From the human T2T-CHM13v2.0 reference genome, Homo sapiens, in the NCBI RefSeq assembly GCF_009914755.1, contig NC_060947.1: a stretch of DNA of 64,000 bases; one strand, 5' to 3'. The notes below the pieces were generated by a model. The model worked only from the letters and a program-made list of their open reading frames with translations, was not told the DNA's origin and did no database searches. Both the position numbers and the translations under genes were made by a program. Of the stretch, positions 53,501-64,000 are shown in pieces (positions within the stretch are counted from its first letter, which is position 1; each line of letters begins with the position of its first letter).

Positions 53501-55500
53501 GCTTGTGGGAATGTAAATTAGTACAACCAGTGTGGAAAACAGTATGGAGATTCCTTAAAGAACTAAAAGTAGAACTGCCATTCAATCCAGCAATCCCACT
53601 ACTGGGAAATAAGGAAAAGAAAATAAGTCACTCTGTGAAAAAGACACATGCACATGCATGTTTATAGCAGCACAATTCGCAACTGCAAAGATATGGAACC
53701 AACCTAAGTGCCCATCAACCAACGAGTGGATAAAGAACATGTGGTATATATACAACATGTACTACTACTCAGCCATAAAAAGGAATGAAATAATGTCTTT
53801 TTCAGCGACTTGGATAGAGCTGGAGGCCATTATTCTAGGTGAAGTTAACTCAGGAATGGAAAACCGAATGTTGTATGTTATCACTTACAAGTCGAGTTAA
53901 ACTATGAGGATGCAAAGGCATAAGATTGATATAATGGACTTTGGTGACCCGGGGGGAAGGATGGGAGGGGAGTGAGTGATAAAAGACTACGTATTGGGTA
54001 CAGTGTACACTGTTTGGGTGACAGGTGCCCTAAAATCTCAGAAATCACCACTAAAGAACTTATCCATGTAACAAAAAACCACCTGTACCCCAGAAACTAT
54101 TGAAATAAAAGTAAAAATTAGAAAAAGAGTACAACTAAAAATATGAGGTAACAACTATTTACATAGCATTTATATTGTATTAGGTATTATAAGTAATCTA
54201 GATATGATTTAAAGTATATGGGAGGATATACATAGGTTATATGCAAATATTATACCATTTTATATAAGGGAGTTGAGTGTCCTCAGATTTTGGTATTTGC
54301 AGGGGTCCTGGAACCAATCCCTTGTAAATTCTAAGGGATGACTGTATTTGTCTATTTTGATAACAATATCACATTGTCTTAATTGCAGTAGCTTTATTAT
54401 AAATCTTGAAATCAAATATTATTAGTCCTCCAACTTATTTTTTCAATTTCAAAGCTGTTTTTGCTAATGCATTTTTTTTTTGCATTTCCCTACGAATTTT
54501 AGAAGCAATTAGTTGTTTTTTATATGTTAAAACACTTGCTGGGACTTTGAATCTATACATCAATTTTGGGAGAATTGATATACTAACAATATCAAATCTT
54601 CCAGTTCATGACTATATCTCTCCAATATTCAGATATTTTGTAATATATGTCAGGAATGTTCTGTAGTCTTCAGGGTACAAGTCTCATCTCCTTTGTCATA
54701 TTTAACCCTAACATTTTTTACGTTTTTATGGTGTTTAAAATTCTAGCTCAAATTTCTCTCGTTCGTTACTAGGATTACAATTGATTTTTGTATATTCGCC
54801 TATGTCCTGCAACCTTGGGAAACTCGCTTCTTAGTTCTAGTATTTTTTGTTGATCTTAGAAAATCTGTTTTCTATATACATGATCCTGTTGTGTATGAAT
54901 AACAGAAGTTTGCCTTTGCCCTGTCCAATCTAGATGCCTTTTATTACTTTTTCCTTTCCTTATTTTCTTTGCCCTCATTGCACTGTCTAGAATCTCCAGT
55001 ACAATATTGCACTAAAGTGATGAGAGTGGGCATATGTACTTGTTTTGTTGGTCTTTTTTAACTTTCAAGTTCAGGGGTACAAGTGCAGGTTGTTACATAG
55101 GTAAATTTGTGTCATGGGAGTTTGTTGTACAGATTATTTCATCACCCAGGTATTAAGCTTATTAGCCATTAGTTATTTTTCCTGATCCTATGCCTCCTCC
55201 CACCCTCCACCCTCTGATAGGCCTCAGTGTGTGTTGTTCCCCTCTACATGTCTTGTTCTTGATCTAAGAGTGAAAAGCATTCAGGCTTTCACCTTTGAGT
55301 ACGATAGCTGTAGGTTTTTTGTAGATGCTCTTCCTCAGATTTAGGAGCTCCCTTCAAAGTTTAATGAGAGTTTTTATTGGGAACCATATGACACAAATCT
55401 TTGCTCTAGGAATTTACTCTAGAAAAATGAAAACCTATGCTCACACAAAAATCTGTACATAAATGCTTATAGCTGATTCCTTTGTAATTTCCAAAACCTG
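50520..55500. mobile_element. Nested TE stack: old antisense L1M, split MER2/Tigger3-type DNA transposon (about 51430-51520 and 54130-54345), L1PB-like element with 5' inversion (about 51521-54125)
   Basis: tacagttggtcctctatatcc and aagggatgactgta termini; L1 ORF2 peptides on the minus strand (51443..51721) then the plus strand (from 51945). Confidence 0.85.
52855..53390 (+). mobile_element. L1HS pre-Ta, 5'-truncated with twin-priming inversion
   Basis: ACG diagnostic at 53270-53272 and cttaGagtataat (53355); inverted segment 52855-52926; TSD taaaaccacagtgag at 52840-52854 and 53391-53405. Confidence 0.9.
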
Positions 55501-55711
55501 TAAATGTGCCAAATATCTTCCAACAAATGAATGGATCACCAAATTTGTATATCCATGCTGTGGCAGACAGATTCTAAGGTGGCTCCCAACATCCCAATGT
55601 CCTGGTCATATCTTTCAGTGCAGGTGGGGACTATGGCTTGCTTCTAACCAATAGAATGTGGCAAAGGTGATGAGATGTAACTCCCATGATTACGTTAGTT
55701 TATACATGACT

Positions 55712-56672
55712 TGTGGGGAAAAGAAAGAGAGATCAGACTGTTACTGTGTCTATGTAGAAAGAAGTAGACATAAGAGACTCCATTTTGTTCTGTACTAAGA
55801 GAAATTCTTCTGCCTTGAGATGCTGTTAATCTGTAACCCTAGCCCCAACCCTGTGCTTGCAGAGACATGTGCTGTGTTGACTCAAGGTTTAATGGATTTA
55901 GGGCTATGCAGGATGCACTTTGTTAAAAAAGTGCTTGAAGGCAGTATGCTTGTTAAAAGTCATCACCATTCTCTAATCTCAAGTACCCAGGGACACAATA
56001 GGCTGCCGAAGGCTGCAGGGACCTCTGCCTAGGAAAGCCAGGTATTGTCCAAGGTTTCTCCCCATATGATAGCCTGAGATATGGCCTCCTGGGAACGGAA
56101 AGACTTGACCGTCCCCTAGCCCGACACCTGTAAAGGGCCTGTGCTGAGGAGGATTAGTAAAAGAGGAAGGCCTCTTTGCAGTTGAGATAAGAGGAAGGCA
56201 TCTGTCTCCTGATCGTCCCTGGGCAATGGAATGTCTCGGTGTAAAACCCGATCATATGTTCCATTTACTGAGATAGGAGAAAACCACCTTAGGGCTGGAA
56301 GTGAGACATGCTGGCGGCAATACTGCTCTTTAATGCACCAAGATGTTTGCATACGTGCACATCAAGGCACAGCACCTTTCCTTAAACTTAATTATGGCAC
56401 AGAGACCTTTGTTCGCATGTTTTCCTGCTGACCCTCTCCCCACTATTACCCTATTGTCCTGCCACGTGCCCCTCTCCGAGATGGTAGAGATAATGATCAA
56501 TAAATACTGAGGGAACTCAGAGACCAGTGCCAGCGCGGGTCCTCCGTATGCTGAGCGCTGGTCCCCTGGGCCCACTTTTCTTTCTCTATACTTTGTCTCT
56601 TCTTTTCTCAGTCTCTCGTCCCACCTGACAAGAAACCCTCCCACAGGTGTGGAGGGGCTGGCCACCCCTTCA
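55712..56672 (+). mobile_element. Solo HERV-K(HML-2) LTR5 (LTR5B-like) inserted in an MLT1 LTR
   Basis: tgtggggaaaagaaagagagatcagactg...ccccttca, 961 bp; tgact duplicated on both sides. Confidence 0.92.
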
Positions 56673-56849
56673 TGACTCCATCTTTCAAGGAGACACATTC
56701 TCCCTTTGTTCCATGAAGAAACAAGCGGCACTGTTGTGAACTGCCTGTGGACAGGGCAACATGGCAGAGAACTGAGGGCAGCTTTTATAACAAATTAAGA
56801 GATTTCTTAATATTTAACCCTCCTTACATTAACTGCTCGTGGTATATTA

Positions 56850-57138
56850 TTCTTTTTAAAAAATTATTTATACTTTTTGTGGGTACATAATAGGTATACG
56901 TATTTATTGGATACATGAAATGCTTTAACATAGGCACACAATGCATAATGATCACATAATGGTAAATGGGGCATCCATTCCCCTCAAGCGTTTATCCTTT
57001 GTGCTACAAACAATCCAATTATACTTTTAGTTATTTTTAAATGTACAATTAAATTATTTTGACTGTAGTCATCTTGTGCTATCAAATACTAGGTGTTAAT
57101 AATCACATCATGGAGAATGGAGTATCCATCCCTCAAGC
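56850..57138 (-). mobile_element. L1M 3'-end fragment inserted upstream of RTL8C
   Basis: gggtacataataggtatac...ccattcccctcaagc; flanked by diverged cgtggt(a/g)(t/c)atta(t/c)tcttt duplication; absent from the 29.1 kb paralogue. Confidence 0.75.
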
Positions 57139-57339
57139 GTGGTGCATTACTCTTTGAATATGCTGCTCTGGATTGTATTTGCTAATATGTGGGGCTTCTC
57201 TATTAATGTTGCAAAATAGGGAGCCAATAATCTGGTTGAGAGATGAAAGCAGCAGCAGGAAAATGTGTTCACAGAACCTCATACGAGTGGCGTCTAGGGC
57301 CAAGGCTCCTTGAATGCATACCCAAGGGCTGATGAGAGG

Positions 57340-58697
<1,358 letters not shown>

Positions 58698-58884
58698 GCC
58701 CAGGTGTTCCTGGCAGCCAAATCGAGTCTCTCATTTTCTCTTGTGGACCAGTTAGTTTTGCCCATAACGCAGTATTCTGAGTTTGCAACTGTCTCTCTGA
58801 TGTGTGCCTTTTGTTCAACACAGTAACCCCTGCATTCTGCTCTGCTCTAATACACTACCTGGAGAAAGTCTTTTCCTTATTTTC

Positions 58885-58890
58885 AATAAA
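58885..58890 (+). terminator. AATAAA polyadenylation signal of RTL8C
   Basis: Conserved at the homologous position in RTL8B. Confidence 0.75.
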
Positions 58891-59491
58891 TGTCAGACAT
58901 TATTGAAAAGAAATGGTCTCAATGAATATGGCACTTTTCCCTCCCTGGTTCTGTAAATGGGGTCCATATCTTGTTCAAAAGCTATATGCCCTGCCATGCT
59001 ATGACTGATGTTGACACAGAGTCCTGTGGTGTCCTGCAAATGGAGATCTTACCAGTGACCAATCCCAGACGATTAATGTTGTAAACAAGCAGTTTTGTGC
59101 CTCTTAGGAAATGAACCTTAATCTGAATGTGGCCAAGATAAGGTAAGGAATAGTCAGAAAGGGTGCTTTTTCTTCCCTCATTTCCAAAAAACTGTCTAAA
59201 AGCATATACCCCAAATGGTTACAAGCCATACATCTCACACATTTGTTGGTGAACACCTCTCACAGTTTTATTTAACGCATTATCAGGGAACCAGCTAAGT
59301 GGCTTAGATACTTCAGAAAAAGCATTTACATTTATATTGCTTTAATTGGGTAGGTAGTGGAGAAAGGAATGCAGAACTGTAGTTAATTTAGGTACAAACT
59401 TGTTTAATGAATGACCTGAAACACAATACAATTACCACCTTCCCTAATGGGCAGAAAAAAAAATTATCTTCAACATATCTCTGCATGCTAA

Positions 59492-59920
<429 letters not shown>

Positions 59921-62900
59921 TCTCTGCCCCATTTCTAATATGTGTTATTTTTCCAGAGCATACGAATGAGGAATAAATCACAAGAGTGTTTTTTTTTTTG
60001 TTTATTTTATTGCTTCTCTCTCTTCATTTAAATAGGTGAAAATTTGCCATTCAGCAGTGATTCATAGGGCGGTATGTGGAGGTGGAGGTACATTATTATC
60101 TGTATTAGGTATGTGATAATATTTGTATTCCCAGAAGTAGTGGAAACATCACGAATTTGTAGTTTGTCATATAATAGGTCAAAATCTTTTTGAAATCAGA
60201 GATAAAATTCAAATTGCTTAATAAAATAAAGTTTTTATGATTTACAGGGCTCTTAAAACACTGAAACCGGGCTAATCATGAAGGCCAATTCAAGGTGCTG
60301 ACAGCCTTCCTGGATGGGTATGAAGAAAGATTGTGTTAAGCATATTCACTGTTTAGTTTTAAACACAGATTCTGCTGAAGTGGTTGGAAAAGTGCTTGGA
60401 AGCAGTTTACATTACTGAGTAGGTCCAGCATATTCCCTGTGCTCTCTGTCCACTGGCTCTGGAGGTAGGTAGAATGGGCAGGGACCTTCTAGGTATCCTT
60501 TGAACAATGTCAGTAACCCCCAACTTCCCTCAACAACGATGCCCCAGCAGTTTTCTTCCTCCTACAAGAATGAGACTTATTCCTTGATCTATGCTAGTTT
60601 TATCATCTCAAGGGTCCTCTTTTGTGCTGCAAATGTCTTGGGTAGGGTAATAATTCACAGTCATGAACATCTTCACAGGATTCCATAAAGGGACAAAGGA
60701 ATGGCATTTGTAAGAGTAGAAGGGGCTCTTTTGTATTACTTTGCAGTCTCACCTTTTCAGTTGTCACTGTTTCCCTCACTTCATTCTCTGCAATGTGGTC
60801 AATACCCAAGCAAGAGGCCTTACCTCCAAAGGATGGAGAAACATAAAAAGTGACAATATGGAAGATGAATATAAGAAAGAGAACAGAAATACAATTAACC
60901 TCTTTCTTTTGGTGATTGGGACCAGTAATGACTTGAAGCCTATAATTAAGATAACTTTAAACAAATTTTTGTGACACTCAGATCCACAAAGATTTAATAG
61001 GGGAACAAAGTAGCCTTTGGATGGTTCAGTGCCCTGAGGCCTTGGTTCTCAGGGGAATCCTGGTAGAATATACTAGTGAAAGGTCACTCCCCACTTACTA
61101 CCAGTGGCCTAACTGCAATCCTGTACACAGAGTCAACCTTAAGGCAGAGATGTAGTAAGGAAGGGGATTTCAAAGGGACCCTTTGTGAGTGTCCCTGATC
61201 TGCCTGTCACTAGGAGGCTGGAGGGCCAAAGGAGTAGGCTGAGAGATTGAGTACCAGAAGTCCTAGATGCAGGGATGCTTCCTCCAGGTGCCACTGCAGA
61301 GGTCTGATGACCTGCCTGCTTCTATAGATACTGCAACACTGTTTTGTCTTCCATCATGAAGGTCACTCAGATTACACAGGTACTGCAATAAGCAGTTCTG
61401 AGCATCAAAGAGCCTAAAATGAAAAGTATGAAATCTGTTGGGACCAGGTATGGGATGGACAAAGGTCAGTCAGAACACATACCCAGTGAAATGAAGTAAA
61501 ATGAAAGGCCATGATGATCTCAAACTATTTAATGACATGGGGAAATGATCTCATCTGAACAGTAAAGAATAAAAGGAGTCTACAAAGCCTTCAAAACTTG
61601 GTGAGGGCAATCAAAGTCCCTCTATCTTACCACCACTGAAGCTCATCACGGACCCCATACTGAAAGTACCTGGACTTTATGTGCATGAACAATCCCTGAC
61701 TTTATGATGATGGAGAAGGTGGTTCAGGGAAGGCTGCCTGGCTTGATTCTGTAGCTGCCGGCCCAGAACTGAGCTCCTTCTCTTCCCCGTACACAGCTGC
61801 TTTTGGCCCTCTTGACGGTTGTACCACCTTCTTTCACTTGTCCCCAGTCCTCTTCATACCCACTCTCTTACTGGTCCTTAACAGATGGTCACCAAATTCA
61901 TTCTGCCCCCTGACTCTCACTTCAGTGGGTCTCTCTTTTCCAACCCTGAGGCAGTACCCCGATTCTAATGCCTGTCCCCTTTAGCCCACTGCTTGCAGAG
62001 GCCCCGCCATAGTGCCCAGCTGATCCTGGAACCTATTTTTCTCTCCCTGATGTGGCTGTTGCTGTGTCTTAGGCTGCTGAGAGCATATTGTCACATGATC
62101 AAAAAGAGAACATTTAGGATTTCACAACCCTGAAATTATAGTAAGCCTGTTAATTTGGGTCTTGGGCTAAAGACTGCAATAGTACCCACTCTGCAACCTG
62201 AGTGGAGGACTGCATATTTACTCACATTAGAAGCAAACAAAGTTTTGGTAAGATCATTAGGATAGATTCCTAAAACTAATGTATATATCAAAGGCCATGC
62301 AATTTTAACTGTTTGTTAAAAATCTCACTCCAGAAAGATTGTTTTCAAATTATATTCTCATGAGTAATGAGAGGGAATTTTTTTTGCCTCTATCATTACT
62401 AAAACTTTAATTTCAATAAAGATAATATTCCCAAAAATAAATACTTTTTCCCACAATAAAATTCCTTTTTTTGGGTCCTGTTTCACCTCTATCACCAAAA
62501 AGGTAGGCTTTTACAAAATGTTTACTTTCTCCCTCTCTTTTGCCCTACCATAATTGAAACAATTGGAATACTTTTAATTCTACTTTCACACCCTACTCTC
62601 ATCCCCCAAACCATGGGGCTGGTGGAGATAGTTGATGTCTGAAGGTATAAAAGTAATACAGCTAAGGATTTTTTTAAAAAATCATTTTTAGGCCTCTATA
62701 GGGAGCAATATTTAACTTATAATATGAAAGCCTATTAATCAGCTTTCAGATATTGAGCATTAAATGACATTTTTAGGGATGAAGACAACAGCAAAGTTGA
62801 ATTTAGACCTTGTCAAAATTTAAGGAGGTCTCCAACATTAAGGTGTTCCCAACTCCCCAAAAGAATATAAGTATATTCAAATAATGAGTTAGCAAAGTTA

Positions 62901-63779
62901 CCAAGTACAATGGTGAAAGAAAAAAAAAGAATACCTGCCCATAAGATGTTGTGAAAAAATACGAGGATCAAACATAAAAAAAAAAATTCAGATGTAACCA
63001 CCCACAAATTTGGGGGCCACATTCACATTCAGCAGGAAATCTTAAGGAGGAGAATTTATTCTAAAGTGGTTCTGGGCTGGTTGTGTAGAGAATATAAGGT
63101 TAAAGGATATGTACATTCAAATTGACTTTCAACTTAAAAGATTGCCTACAATCCTTCCAAAGGCTCCACTGCTCCCAGTTTGATCTGCCTTCATGGAATC
63201 ACAGAGATAGCCTATGTTGGAAGCCAAAGCTGTGTAATACCCTGACTATAATCATCATTCTCAGTGCTTTCCTTTACTGTTATTACCTGAGTGGGAATAT
63301 TACCCTGGCTGAATTTGGAGTCCCTCTCTCACCAACTGTCCAGCCATTTCCAAAGTGAGTTTAATGAGTATTCTTATATCTCTAGTGTTAGCAGAAGACT
63401 AGACAACAGAGTGCATTGAACAGGACTCTCCTGGGCAACGCTGGAACCTCAGACCAGCATGGGTCATTTGAACCCATTCAATGAATTAGCGTCTACACAA
63501 TGTATGTAATCAAGGCCATCAAGATGAGAGTAAGGAACTTGCCATGTAAGTAGCCATGACATCAGATCCAGCCTTGTCCCCTCTGCCAAAACAAAAACAT
63601 ATTAATTTGTAATACTTAAAAATGATGAAGACATGTGTAACGAGGTCCTAATATGTACAAAGAAATGTTAGATGTGCCTCATGCGCATGACCTTATTTCA
63701 TCATCATTTTAAGATGGAGTCCATATTTCTGCCTACTCTTTTACACCAGTACAGATAGAGAAACAGGCATTTGCAAACA

Positions 63780-64000
63780 AGAGATTATACTCCAGGTATT
63801 TTTTTAAATTGGAAATTTTAAGAATGTTTTCTCAATAGTTAATATAACAACTAGACAAAATACCAGCACGGACATAGAAAATCTAAAGAATAATACACAT
63901 GTCTAGAACACTGTATCAAACAGCTAATACACAGTGTTTTCGAGTGCATGTGGTACATTCACCAAGATAAGCCATTTACTAAGGCATTAAACAAGTCTCG
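63780..64000 (+). mobile_element. Old L1 ORF2 (endonuclease region) fragment
   Basis: acaactagacaaaataccagcacggacatagaaaatct...acattcaccaagata. Confidence 0.65.

Noticed and set aside
63122-63358. Hydrophobic ORF ending at a gtgagt donor (possible signal-peptide exon)
   Set aside because: No in-frame ATG before the hydrophobic stretch and no supporting neighbouring exons.

Overview
Human genomic DNA (Alu/L1/ERV-rich, with an L1HS pre-Ta diagnostic element), recognisable as the Xq26.3 SMIM10-RTL8 interval. Three intronless coding genes are well supported: SMIM10 (+, 16463-16714) and two Sushi/Ty3-gypsy gag-derived paralogues arranged head-to-head, RTL8B/FAM127C (-, 47485-47826) and RTL8C/FAM127A (+, 57751-58092). 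RTL8C overlaps the historical 209-aa CXX1 CAAX ORF. Most of the rest is interspersed repeat. Structure not explained by those genes: (1) a candidate cryptic or decayed multi-exon minus-strand gene (about 33.1-39.4 kb) with phase-0 micro-exons, whose start-exon region is amplified in a ~728-bp tandem array; (2) a CDS-less copy of the RTL8C promoter at about 29.1-29.75 kb flanked by direct repeats; (3) long in-frame open reading past the RTL8 UAG stops with a conserved downstream stem; (4) a human-specific twin-primed pre-Ta L1 in a nested TE stack; (5) an L1-mobilised LTR 3' end. Repeat subfamily names and most repeat boundaries were read by eye and are approximate; gene and family names come from recall, not database searches.
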